From an uncultured delta proteobacterium (lineage in GTDB: Bacteria > Desulfobacterota > Binatia > UBA9968): a DNA stretch of 64,000 bases. The position numbers and the translations under genes were made by a program. Positions 20,668-30,734 of the stretch are shown here, piece after piece. The stretch is taken from NCBI GenBank assembly GCA_963760795.1, contig CAVXEP010000014.1, positions 19,500 to 83,499 on the forward strand, read 5' to 3'. How positions within the stretch are numbered: the first letter of the stretch is position 1; each line of letters opens with the position of its first letter. The notes beneath the pieces were generated by a model. The model was not told the DNA's origin and did no database searches. It saw only the letters and a list, made by a program, of their open reading frames with translations.

Positions 20668-21648
20668 ATGTTGAAAACCATCTTCGGCATAGCCGTTATC
20701 ATGGTGCTGTCGGTGGCAACTCACGTCGCCGCCCAGCCGATCAAGATGACCATCGGCCAGACCGGCATTAATCCCGGCACTGCGCCGTTTATCATTGCGC
20801 AGAAAGAAAACCTCTTCGCCAAGCATGGCCTGGAAGTGAAAATCATCGAGACGCAAACCACCGCGGCAGTGCAGGCGATGCTCGGCGGCAGCATGCAGTT
20901 CACCATGGGCGCCGGCGCGGCATTTACCACCGCTACGTTGGAAGGCGCGCCGCCGTTCGTCAATGTCGCGTCCTGGATCAACGTCTTTCCCTATTATCTG
21001 GTCGCGCGCAAGGAGTTTGCCAAGGTCGCCGATCTCAAAGGCAAGCTCGGCCAGGTCGGTGGGCCGTTCGGCGCCGCGCCCGATGTCGCCATGCGTTTCG
21101 GTCTATCCAAGCTCGGCATCGATCCTGAGAAAGATGTGAAGTTCGTGCAGATGGGGCGGCCCGATTGGGCCAACGTGATCGTCCAACTTGAAAAAGGCGA
21201 TGTCCAGTTCTCCGTGCTACCGCCGCCCTTCGATCGTATCGCCGAGGCGCGCGGCATTCACAAACTCTACGCATTGCCGGACTTGGGCATTCAATGGCAG
21301 CAAAACGGCGAGTGGGTGCAAAAATCCTTTCTCGCCAGCAACCGCGATACGGTGGTGCGTGTCGAGCGCGCGCTGGCTGACGCGATGAAGTTCTATTTCA
21401 ATAATAAGGAGAAGACCATCGCTTATCTCGTCGACTTTCTCGGCACTAGCCGTGAGGACACCGAATACTCTTACAACGCCTACGCCAAATGGGCCGATAA
21501 AAATCCCCGGCCGAAACTGGATGCGATGAAAAACACCTTGCAGGCGATCAGCCGCACCACGCCCGCGGCATTGAAAGCCGATCCGGCGGCGTTTATCGAT
21601 ACCACCATCATCGATCAGTTGCTCAAAGAAGGCTACTTTAAGTATTAG
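20668..21648 (+). CDS. ABC-type substrate-binding protein, SsuA/NMT1 family
   Basis: F.IAQKENLFAKHGLEV, DLKGK, GIDPEKDV, FIDTTIIDQLLKEGYF. Confidence 0.85.
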   Translation: MLKTIFGIAVIMVLSVATHVAAQPIKMTIGQTGINPGTAPFIIAQKENLFAKHGLEVKIIETQTTAAVQAMLGGSMQFTMGAGAAFTTATLEGAPPFVNVASWINVFPYYLVARKEFAKVADLKGKLGQVGGPFGAAPDVAMRFGLSKLGIDPEKDVKFVQMGRPDWANVIVQLEKGDVQFSVLPPPFDRIAEARGIHKLYALPDLGIQWQQNGEWVQKSFLASNRDTVVRVERALADAMKFYFNNKEKTIAYLVDFLGTSREDTEYSYNAYAKWADKNPRPKLDAMKNTLQAISRTTPAALKADPAAFIDTTIIDQLLKEGYFKY

Positions 21649-21760
21649 CCAAGCATGATGCATCCGCAGCGATGATCGGTCGCCGAACGATCTTGAACGG
21701 CGGCACCGCATCCGGCCGAAACCTCGCTCTCCGATCTCATCGGCAGAAAGGCCCGAGTGC

Positions 21761-22831
21761 ATGGGTAAAAAATCTATACCGCTCTTGGCAATCCTCTGCG
21801 CGGCTCTGCTGTATCACTCGCTCATGGCGAGCGCGCTTGCGCAGGAACCCTATTACAAAGGCAAGACGGTTCGCTTTCTCATCAACTTTTCCGCCGGCGG
21901 CCCGACCGATGTGTTCGGCCGCTTGATCGCTCGCTATTTTTCCAAGCATGTCGCCGGCAACCCCGCGGTCGTGGTGCAGAACATGAGCGGCGCCGGCGGC
22001 ATCATCGGCGCCAACTATGTTTATGAAATCGCCAAGCCCGACGGACTCACGGTGGGAGTCTTCTCGGGCATGTACCTGCCGCAAATCCTTGGCGGCGCCG
22101 GTGTGCGTTACGACCTCAATAAAATGCCGATCATCGCCGGCGCCGCCGAGACTTCGATCGTCTACATCCGTGCCGACACGGAGGTCAAAACTCCATCGGA
22201 CTTGCTCAAACCGGCAAAGCCGATCGTTCTCGGCGGCTTTACCAGGGAAAACAACAAGGATCTCGCGCTCCGGCTTGCCTTCGATCAACTGGGAGTTCCC
22301 TACAAGTATGTCACCGGCTATGCCGGTGTCGCCGAACTCCGTATCGCAATTCAGCGTGGCGAGATCAATGTCACTTCCGAGAGTCTAACCGGATATAACA
22401 CCGGCGGCTCGCTCATGGTCAAAGAGGGCGTCGTCCTGCCGCTCTATCAAGAAGGCTTGCTCGGACCTGACGGCGATACGGTCGCCGACGCCCGCTCGGA
22501 CCTGCCGTCGTTCAAGGAATTTTATCGAAGAGTCAAAGGCAGCGATCCCAGCGGGCCGCTGGCCGAAGCCTACAAAATCTCCGGCGGCTCGCGCACCATG
22601 CTGCGCTTCATCACCATGCCGCCGAAAACCCCCGGCGAGTTATTGATGCTGGTGCGCAGGGCTTTTCGCGACATCTTTGCCGATCGGGAGTTTCGAGTGG
22701 AGTCCGATCGCTTGCTGCAGTTCCAGCTCTTGAGCTTTGTCGGTGAGGACGCGGAGCGTGTCAACGCCGCGGTGTTTCGCGCCGCCACCGGGCCGACCCG
22801 GGAAATCGTCAAAAAGATGGCGCGGCAATAG
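21761..22831 (+). CDS. TctC/Bug-family substrate-binding protein
   Basis: YYKGKTVRFLINFSAGGPTD..GR, AGNP..VVQNM.GAGG, AKPDGLT. Confidence 0.87.
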   Translation: MGKKSIPLLAILCAALLYHSLMASALAQEPYYKGKTVRFLINFSAGGPTDVFGRLIARYFSKHVAGNPAVVVQNMSGAGGIIGANYVYEIAKPDGLTVGVFSGMYLPQILGGAGVRYDLNKMPIIAGAAETSIVYIRADTEVKTPSDLLKPAKPIVLGGFTRENNKDLALRLAFDQLGVPYKYVTGYAGVAELRIAIQRGEINVTSESLTGYNTGGSLMVKEGVVLPLYQEGLLGPDGDTVADARSDLPSFKEFYRRVKGSDPSGPLAEAYKISGGSRTMLRFITMPPKTPGELLMLVRRAFRDIFADREFRVESDRLLQFQLLSFVGEDAERVNAAVFRAATGPTREIVKKMARQ

Positions 22832-22852
22832 CCGGTAGCATGATTGGCTTCC

Positions 22853-22882
22853 TTGACATTCTTTCGCTTCGGGAAATATGAT
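22853..22882 (+). promoter_or_regulatory. Putative sigma70 promoter of radical SAM gene
   Basis: TTGACA-N18-TATGAT. Confidence 0.6.
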
Positions 22883-22927
22883 CTAAGCGCAATCCGCGAC
22901 AATCCGAACCGCCACGGGAGTTGAAAA

Positions 22928-24322
22928 ATGGAAACGACCATCGAAGAAACCAACGCCAGGAAGTTAGACGAACTGGAAAACTATTTTCACAGCTACAATG
23001 ACCTGCCGCGGGAAATTATTTTGAAACACGACCTGCTCCGGGTCGGCCACTGGTTCACCGACGCCGCGCTGGAGTTGGCGTCCCAGGCTCTGGTGAAGTC
23101 TTACCGGTTGTTTTCCTACGACCTCATGGCGATGAAGGACATGAAGCGCAAGGAGCATCGCAAGACGCCCGAGTGGTTCACGATTCGGCGCGGCATGTAC
23201 GGTCTCAGGCCGGTGAGCATTCAAACCTCGCTCGATTCAAACTCACCCTACGTCATCGACGTCGTCGACGGCCAGCCGAAGCTGTTACTCAACGGCAAAG
23301 AGATCTGCGAGGTCCATTTTCCCAAGCCGATGAAATACTACACGCGCAAGTTCGACGACGGCACGGCATATCACGAGATCATCGCCTTCGGCTATTTCGT
23401 CACGGTGTTTCGCAATTGCCAGTACTGGGGCCCCGATGAAGAATGCCGCTTCTGCGACATCAATATCAACGCGCGCCAGATGAAGGAGTCGAAGGATTTC
23501 ACCTTCGACGCGCCGGTGAAGCCGGTCAAGTACATGGTCGAAGTCGCCCGTTCCATCGAACAAGACGCCACCGAGGAAGTCGGCTTCACCCCGCCGATGG
23601 ATTTTCTCATCACCGGCGGAACGATTTTGAAAACGCTGCACGGCAAGAACGAGCTCGACTTCTATTCCGAATATGTCTCGGCGCTCAAGTGGGGCGGCCG
23701 GCGGCGCTTCGTCAATCTGCAAACCAACGCCCAAGACAAAGACACCATGAAGCACTACCGCGCCGCCGGCGTGGACTGCCATCATTCGAACATGGAGGTG
23801 TGGGAAAAGCGCTTGTTCGAATGGATCAATCCCGGCAAAAACCGCCGGGTCGGCTGGGACGGCTGGGTGAGAAGCATGATCGACGAAGTCGATATATTCG
23901 GCGAAGGCAACGTGCGGCCGAATTTCGTCGGCGGTGTCGAGATGGCGAAACCGTACGGCTTCGAAACCGTCGCCGAAGCGGTCAAGTCGACTTCCGACGG
24001 CGTCGATTTCATGATGAGCCACGGCATCATCCCGCGCTTCAACCAATGGCGCCGCGAGCCGGGCTCCAACCTGGGCTCCCAGTGGAACCAACCGCCGATC
24101 CCGCTGGAATATTATCTTCAACTCATGGGCAACTATTACAACAGCTGGAAGAAATACAATTTACCGATGCCGCGACGCGAATGCGTCCATCCCGAACGGC
24201 GCATCGGCTCCGGCCATGGCACCTACGACGACATTCTTTTGTTGAACGAACTGCCGGACTACGAAGAGGCCTGGGACCGCGGCTACAACGAAGGGCTCAA
24301 GGGCTGCGTGACGAGACACTAA
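22928..24322 (+). CDS. Radical SAM protein with atypical Cx8Cx2C motif
   Basis: CQYWGPDEECRFC, ITGG, NMEVW..LF..I.PGK, NFVGGVE. Confidence 0.8.
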   Translation: METTIEETNARKLDELENYFHSYNDLPREIILKHDLLRVGHWFTDAALELASQALVKSYRLFSYDLMAMKDMKRKEHRKTPEWFTIRRGMYGLRPVSIQTSLDSNSPYVIDVVDGQPKLLLNGKEICEVHFPKPMKYYTRKFDDGTAYHEIIAFGYFVTVFRNCQYWGPDEECRFCDININARQMKESKDFTFDAPVKPVKYMVEVARSIEQDATEEVGFTPPMDFLITGGTILKTLHGKNELDFYSEYVSALKWGGRRRFVNLQTNAQDKDTMKHYRAAGVDCHHSNMEVWEKRLFEWINPGKNRRVGWDGWVRSMIDEVDIFGEGNVRPNFVGGVEMAKPYGFETVAEAVKSTSDGVDFMMSHGIIPRFNQWRREPGSNLGSQWNQPPIPLEYYLQLMGNYYNSWKKYNLPMPRRECVHPERRIGSGHGTYDDILLLNELPDYEEAWDRGYNEGLKGCVTRH

Positions 24323-24328
24323 AAACCG

Positions 24329-24461
24329 GTTCCAAGGGTTCCAATAGTTCCACGGGTTCCAACCGTGTAACGCAATCCGATCCTCTCGCCCGCTCTGCGA
24401 GAGAGGGTTAGGGTACCCTGAAACTATTGGAACGACTGCAACCCGTGGAACAGTTTCGAAT
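24329..24461. repeat. Inverted 9-bp GTTCCA arrays enclosing a CCTCTCGC..GCGAGAGAGG palindrome
   Basis: gttccaagg gttccaata gttccacgg gttccaacc ... tcctctcgcccgctctgcgagagagggttaggg ... ttggaacga ctgcaaccc gtggaacag. Confidence 0.7.
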
Positions 24462-24470
24462 GAGGAAAGA

Positions 24471-25875
24471 ATGATCGGCACTGGCACCTTAACCAAGCAA
24501 ATCGCCGGCTATCTGGCGCGCACCGGCTTCGACGCGCTCGATGACGCTGCGCTGCGCGCGACCAAGGAGCATATCCTTTACACCCTCGGGACGATTCTCG
24601 CCGGCTCCAGCGCGCCGGGAATAAAGCAGGCGCTGGCCGGCGCGATTACACTGAGCGGCGGCGCCAATGAAAGTTCGGTGCTCGTCACTGGTGAGAAACT
24701 GCCGGCGGCTTCGGCGGCGCTGGTTAACGCCGCCATGGGCCATAGCCGCGAGCTCGACATCAACGACGACCGCATCGCCTACAAATCCAGCGTTACCGTC
24801 ATCCCGGCGGCCCTCGCATTGGCGGAGAAAACCGGCAATGTTTCCGGCAAAGATTTCCTTACCGCTGTATGCCTCGGCGTCGACTTAGGCATCCGTCTCG
24901 GCTTGGCGACCAATCCGAAACCTGTGCATGCCCGCGCCATCGCCCTCGGTCCATTCGCCGCCGCGGCAGGCTGCGGGAAAATTCTCAAACTGGACGAAGA
25001 CGGCATGCACAATGCGCTCGGCATCGCCTTCTGCCGATCCACCGTCGCCGGCAATAGCACCGTCGCGCCGTCGCTGACCAAACGGCTTGGCGTCGGCTTC
25101 GCCTCCCAGAGCGGCGTGGTCGCGGCAACTCTCGCTTCGGTCGGCTATCCAGCCGCCGGCGAAGTTTTGCAAGGCGCGGCCGGTTTCTTCCAGACTTTTT
25201 ATCAGCAAGAGGGCGACTATGCGCAGCTGCTCGATCAATTGGGTAGCCGCTTCGAAATCGTTCTGGTCGGTCCGAAGCCATTTCCCTCTTGCCGTTACAC
25301 CCACTGCGCCGTCACCGGCGTCTTGGACCTCGTGCGCAAGCATGGGATCAAGGCCCGCGATATCCAGGAAGTCGGCGTGCAGATCGGCGAACGCGACATG
25401 CGCTCGGTGGGCGGTTGGACCGACGATGAGAAGAAAAAGAAACACCGCCCTGAAGGCGTGGTTGACGCACAGTTCAGCATTCCCTACACCGTCGCCGCCA
25501 CCCTCGTCAGCGGCGGGCTGTCGCTGGAAGAATTCACCGATGCGAGAATTCGCAGCGAAGAAATTCTCGATCTCGCCGCTAGAGTGAAAACCATTCTCAC
25601 CCCGGAGTTCGACAAAGGCCCGATGGATGTAAAACCGCAAGTCGTCGAGATCGTCATGCGCGACGGCAAAGTATTCACGGCAAAAGTAATCTATCCGAAG
25701 GGCAACCCGAACAATCCCGGTGACATCGGATGAACTCGTCAACGCCTTCCGCGGCATGGCGAGCTACGCGGCAAAGCCGTTGGGCGGCGCGAAGATCGAC
25801 GAAGCCATCGAGCTGGCGCTGCGGTTGGAAGAAGTGGACGATGTCGCGCTGCTCGCGAAATTGCTGACGGCCTAG
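24471..25875 (+). CDS. MmgE/PrpD family protein, frameshift near 25720
   Basis: AALVNAAMGHSRELD, VIPAALALAE, KPFPSCRYTH, AQFSIPY, PKG.P.NP; C-terminal VTSDEL..F...L..LL continues to TAG at 25873. Confidence 0.87.
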
Positions 25876-25917
25876 GCAATGCCGACAGAATCGTTCGGTC
25901 AGCAATCTTACTTCTTC

Positions 25918-25993
25918 ACCCTCTCCCGCTGGGAGGGCAGGGTGAGGGCTCTTGTCGCGCACGCCCTCACCTCAGTCCTCTCCCAGAGGGAGA
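25918..25993. repeat. REP-like CCCTCTCCC/GGGAGAGGG palindrome doublet
   Basis: ccctctcccgctgggagggcagggtgaggg ... ccctcacctcagtcctctcccagagggagagg. Confidence 0.7.
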
Positions 25994-26002
25994 GGAAGTA
26001 AG

Positions 26003-27097
26003 ATGCCGACCATGAAATTCAACAAATCAACTAGTGTCTTCTGGTTCATTGCATTACTGGCATCGGCGTCAACGGAAATCACTTTCGCCGCCGAGCCTTT
26101 CTACCAAGGCAAAACTCTCCGGGTCATCGTCGCTTCGGCATCCGGCGGCGGCAGCGACATCGTCGCGCGCTTGATGATGCGTCATTTGCCGCGCCATATT
26201 CCCGGCAGTCCGACCGTCATCGTCGAAAATATGCCCGGCGCCGGCGAGATCGTCGGCACCAACTATGTTTATGGCAAAGCCAAGGCGGATGGGCTCACCG
26301 CTCTGTTCGCCACCGGTACACCGATCAATCAGTTGATCGAACTACCCGGTATCGAATTTGACGTGACGAAAATGCCGATCATCGGCGGCAGCTCCGAATC
26401 CGTCGCCGCCTTCGTGCGCAGCGACAAGACCGGCGTCAAATCGGCGCGCGATCTGTTGAACCCGAAAGGCGCCATCGTCATTGGCGGCTCCGGCTACGGT
26501 TCGATCAAGGATGTGTCGATGCTGGCGGCGATGAACCTGCTCGGCGTAAAAAGTCCGACTTACGTCACCGGCTACGGCAGCGCCGGCCCAATCCGTCTCG
26601 CCTACGAGCGCGGCGAAGTGAATTTCACCCAAGAAACCGCCGTCGGGATATCGCGCTCGGTGATGCCCTGGGTGCGTGAAGGCTGGACGTCCATGCTCTA
26701 CCAGGTCGGTTTTCTCGACGCCAAAGGCAACGTCGCCAAAGATCCAGTCTGGAAAGAGCTCGGCATCAACGCGCCGTCCATCGCCGAAGTCTACCGGACG
26801 ATTTACGGCCGGGATGCCGCGGGTCCCGCGTGGGAAGCGGAGAAGGCTTTGATCGGCGGCTACTCGCTGACACGGATGATGGCGGTGGCGCCCAAGACTT
26901 CCCCAGCATTAGTCACCGAGCTGCGCAAAGCGTTCCTCGCCATGGGCCAGGACCAAACCTTCTTGACGGAATGGAACAAGAGCCAAGGATCGCCGCCGCG
27001 CCTGGTGCCCGGCGAGGAAGCCGGCACGATCGCCGCGTCGATTCTGAAAGCACCGAGAGAAGCGGTGAATATTTTGAAAAAACTCTCGGCGCCGTAA
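26003..27097 (+). CDS. TctC/Bug-family substrate-binding protein
   Basis: PFYQGKTLRVIVAS.SGGGSD..AR, HIPGSPT.IVENMPGAG. Confidence 0.87.
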   Translation: MPTMKFNKSTSVFWFIALLASASTEITFAAEPFYQGKTLRVIVASASGGGSDIVARLMMRHLPRHIPGSPTVIVENMPGAGEIVGTNYVYGKAKADGLTALFATGTPINQLIELPGIEFDVTKMPIIGGSSESVAAFVRSDKTGVKSARDLLNPKGAIVIGGSGYGSIKDVSMLAAMNLLGVKSPTYVTGYGSAGPIRLAYERGEVNFTQETAVGISRSVMPWVREGWTSMLYQVGFLDAKGNVAKDPVWKELGINAPSIAEVYRTIYGRDAAGPAWEAEKALIGGYSLTRMMAVAPKTSPALVTELRKAFLAMGQDQTFLTEWNKSQGSPPRLVPGEEAGTIAASILKAPREAVNILKKLSAP

Positions 27098-27110
27098 ATT
27101 ATGAAAGCCC

Positions 27111-27211
27111 GTTCCAATCGTTGAACTCCGAGTCCGAGTTCCCTCGCCCTTTGGAGAGGGTTAGAGTGAGGACGCCACTGGAACCGTTGGAACAGCTGGA
27201 ACGATTGGAAC
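27111..27211. repeat. Nested 9-bp array plus CCCTC palindrome
   Basis: gttccaatc ... ccctcgccctttggagagggttagagtgagg ... ctggaaccg ttggaacag ctggaacga ttggaacc. Confidence 0.7.
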
Positions 27212-27230
27212 CTGTTCATTTATTAAAATC

Positions 27231-28206
27231 ATGACCAAACTCGCCACGCTAACATTTACAGTCTTGCTCCTTCTTACTCGCCCGGTTGCCGCCGCCGACA
27301 AATTGCGCATCGGCTACGGCGCGCCGTCGGTGGCGATGTCGGTGCTGTGGATCACCAAAGAAGGAAGAGTTTTCGAGAAAAACGGCCTCGACGTCGAAGT
27401 GCTTTATCTTGAAAGCGCCTTGGTGCAGCGCGCTCTGATCGCCGGCAACATCGCCTTTGGCGAAATGACCGGCTCGTTGATGTCGGCGCCGAAGCTGCAA
27501 GGCGCCGATCTGGTCATGGTCGCGGGCTTTCTCAACAAGCTGCTGTACCGGCTGATCGCCCGTCCGGAAATCAGCTTCGCCCACCGACCTGAAAGGCAAA
27601 CGAGTCGGCGTGTCGCGCTTCGGCGCCGGCGCTGACCGGGCCACGCGCTTACTAATAACCAAGCTCGGCTTAAATCCGGAAAAGGATTTGACCTTGCTCC
27701 AAGTCGGCGGCGCGCCGACGCGCCTGGCCGCGTTAATCGCCAACAGCATCGACGCCACCATCGTCGAACCGCCGGATCATAAGAAAGCCCAGGAAGCCGG
27801 CATGCGCCTGCTCGCCAACATGGAAGAGATGAACATTCCCTTCCAGCATACCGGCCTGGTGACGACGCGGGCCCAGCTGGCGAAATCGCCGGATGTTTCC
27901 CGGCGCGTGGTCAAATCCTTTGTCGAAGGCATTCATCTGGCCATGACCAACGCCGAAGTTTCCAAGCAAGCCTTTCGCCGCTACATCCGCTTGCAGCAGG
28001 ATCGCGAACAGGAAGAGTCGCTTGAGGTCCTGCGCAGTTTCCTGCCGCGCAAACCCTACCCGTCGATCGAAGGATTCAAAGCCGTCTTCGCCGAACTCGC
28101 CGAGCAAATTCCAGCGGCAAGAACCGCCGACCCCAAAGACTTCATCGACACGAGATTTTTGGAAGAGCTCGACCGCAGCGGTTACATCGACGGACTGTAT
28201 AGGTAG
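27231..28206 (+). CDS. ABC-type substrate-binding protein, SsuA/NMT1 family, frameshift near 27575
   Basis: LWITKEG..FEKNGLDVE in 27231..27635; DLKGKRVGVSRFG..KPYPSIEG..FLEELDRSGYIDGLY continues in the frame of 27610..28206. Confidence 0.83.
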
Positions 28207-28218
28207 GCGGAAGGAGTT

Positions 28219-28492
28219 TTCACCACGAAGGAGGCAGCGCGGCAGACCCACAACCCAAAAAGCCACCGGGATTGCACCACAGAGGCGCGGTGTTCACAGA
28301 GCGCGGAATGTATCTTCATCAAGTACTCTGCGTCCTCGGCGTTTCTGCGGTGTGTCTTACCAACTTCGTGCCCCCGCATCGCTGGTAAGTCGCATTCGAT
28401 CGATGCGGTTCGCCGACTCACCACATTCTACGGGTTCTGCCATTTTGATTTTCCGTGGATGTGCGTAAGCACATGAAACACTTCGTGGTGAA
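28219..28492. repeat. Nested inverted-repeat composite (CACCACGAAG outer, CACCACAGAG inner)
   Basis: ttcaccacgaag ... caccacagaggcgcgg..cagagcg / ctctgcgtcctcggcgtttctgcggtg ... cttcgtggtgaa. Confidence 0.6.
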
Positions 28493-28547
28493 TACTCATT
28501 CACACAAACCCCGGAAAGACCGTTAAGAGCCATTTGGAGGTTTCATC

Positions 28548-29642
28548 ATGATCTACCTCAGTAACCAAGACATCGCCAAACTCTTGACCGCGAAAGACTG
28601 CATCGACGCTCTTGATGACGCGTTTCACGCGCTCGCGCGCGGCCAAGCGGTGTCGCGGCCGCGCACCGATGTCTGGATTCCTTGCGGGCGCGACGACGGC
28701 TACTACCGCTGGGGCAGCATGGAAGGCGCCATCGAACCCTGGGGGATTTTTTGCACGCGCATGAAGTCCGATATCGTCACCTGGACGGCGCAAGGCACGG
28801 ACGAACTGCACTGCGTCGAGCCCGGCACCTTCAGCGGCTTTTTGATGTTGTTCAGCACGCGCAACGGCGCGCCGCTGGCGATGATGAACGATGGCATCCT
28901 GCATCACCTGCGCGTCGCCGCCGGCGCCGCGCTCGGGCTGCGCTACCTCGCCCGCGAAGATTCCTCGGTGATCGGCATGCTCGGCTCCGGCGGCATGGCA
29001 CGCGCCTACCTGCCGGCCTTTTGTGCCGTGCGAAATATAACCAAAGTAAAAGTTTACAGTCCGACCCGAGCGCACCGTGAAAGCTTCGCCGATGAGATGA
29101 CGAAAGAGTTAGGTATCCCGGTCGAACCGTTCGATCGCGCCGAACCGGTGCTGCGCGGTTCGGACATTGTCGCCACGTGCACGGACTCGAACAAGCTCGT
29201 CGTCACCGATCCGAACCTGATCGAAAAAGGCATGCACCTGGCGAATTGCAGCTCGAAAGAATTCAGCTGGGACATCGTCAAGCGCTGTGACATCGTCATC
29301 CAAGTCGGTACGGAAACCTTCGGCGCCAAAGGCGGCATGGCGGAGTCCGAGCGCCATCATGGTTGGGCCTCTTGGGTGGTCGGCAGCGCCGAACAGCAAG
29401 CGCGTATCCCCAAGCGGCCGGTGAGCAATCTCGACTTCGTCAACTATCCCGCGCTCACCGATCTATTGAACGATCCGGCTAAACGGCGCAGCTCGGCCGA
29501 ACAGATCACTTTCTTTCACAACCTGGGCTTGCTCGGCTTTCAGTTTGCCGCCGTGGCAGCCAAGGCGTACAACTTAGCCCGTGAAAAAGGCGTCGGTTTA
29601 GCAATGTCTACCGATCCGTTGTTGCAAGATATTCGCGATTAA
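28548..29642 (+). CDS. Ornithine cyclodeaminase/mu-crystallin family protein
   Basis: G.AVSRPR, LFST.NG.PLA, LRVAA.AALG..YLAREDS..IG.LGSGGMAR, DIVATCT. Confidence 0.88.
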   Translation: MIYLSNQDIAKLLTAKDCIDALDDAFHALARGQAVSRPRTDVWIPCGRDDGYYRWGSMEGAIEPWGIFCTRMKSDIVTWTAQGTDELHCVEPGTFSGFLMLFSTRNGAPLAMMNDGILHHLRVAAGAALGLRYLAREDSSVIGMLGSGGMARAYLPAFCAVRNITKVKVYSPTRAHRESFADEMTKELGIPVEPFDRAEPVLRGSDIVATCTDSNKLVVTDPNLIEKGMHLANCSSKEFSWDIVKRCDIVIQVGTETFGAKGGMAESERHHGWASWVVGSAEQQARIPKRPVSNLDFVNYPALTDLLNDPAKRRSSAEQITFFHNLGLLGFQFAAVAAKAYNLAREKGVGLAMSTDPLLQDIRD

Positions 29643-29688
29643 GAAAGCCAATTTTGCCATGCTACAGCTCACAAGTTTGGAGGTTTCC

Positions 29689-30718
29689 ATGAAGCGCGTC
29701 GCCCTGGCACTGTTTTTTCTTTTGCTCTCGACGGTTCATCTTCACGCCCAAGCGCCATTCTATCAGGGCCAGACGGTGCGCATTATCGTCGGCTATCTGG
29801 CCGGCGACGCCTACGATCTTTGGGCGAGAATCTTCGCGCAATACATGGGCAAGTACATGCCGGGCAATCCCAGCTTCATCGTTCAGAACATGACCGGCGG
29901 CGGCGGCTTGATCGCCGCCAACTACGTTTATGGCGTCGCCAAACCGGACGGCCTGACTCTTGGCGCCCTCGGTCCGTGGATCTATTTCGATCAACTCGCG
30001 GGGCGCAAAGAAGTTCAATTCGATTGGTCGAAGTTCACCTGGATCGGCACGCCGGAACAAACCGACTCGATCCTAGTCATGAGAATGGATAGTCCATACA
30101 AATCTATCGAAGCTATCCGCAAAGCCGCCGAGCCGCCCAAGTGCGGCGCGCCGGGAACCAGCACGACCAGTTACTACGTCCCCAAGTTTTTGGAGGAAAA
30201 CATTGGATCGAAATTTAACATCGTCACTGGCTATCCCGGCGGCAACGAAGTGGACCTCGCCATCGAACGCGGCGAGCTGCACTGCCGTACCATGACGATC
30301 AGCACTTACTTTGCCCGGGAGCCTTACCTCACCTGGCACAAAAACGGATTCGTCCGACCGACTCATGCAAACGCCAAAAAAGCGCGACGGGCGCATTCCC
30401 GATGTCCAGACCATTCACGAAGTCATGGATCAATACAAAGTTTCCGAGGCCGGTCGCCGTCTTGCCACTGTCCTGCTCGCGCCCGCCGTCTTCGGCCGGC
30501 CCATGGTAGCCGCCCCCGGCGTGCCGCCGGCGAGAGTAAAAATCCTGCGCGATGCCTATCATCGATCGCTCAAAGACCCTGGGCTGCTGGAGGAACTGAA
30601 AAAGCGCCGCTGGGTCGTCGATGCCATCGGCGGCGAGGAGATGGCGGCTTTGGCAAAAGAAGTTATTGCCCAGCCGCCGGAGATCATCGAACGCATGAAA
30701 AAATTGTTGGGCAGTTGA
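29689..30718 (+). CDS. TctC/Bug-family substrate-binding protein, frameshift near 30360
   Basis: PFYQGQTVRIIVGY.AG..YD.WAR, PGNP.FIVQNM.GGG; C-terminal RP.VA.PGVP..RVKILRDA in frame 30311..30718. Confidence 0.83.
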
Positions 30719-30734
30719 TTTAACCCGGCAACTA

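Noticed and set aside
22928-24322. RiPP maturase cluster
   Set aside because: No SPASM/twitch cysteines, precursor peptide or exporter are nearby.
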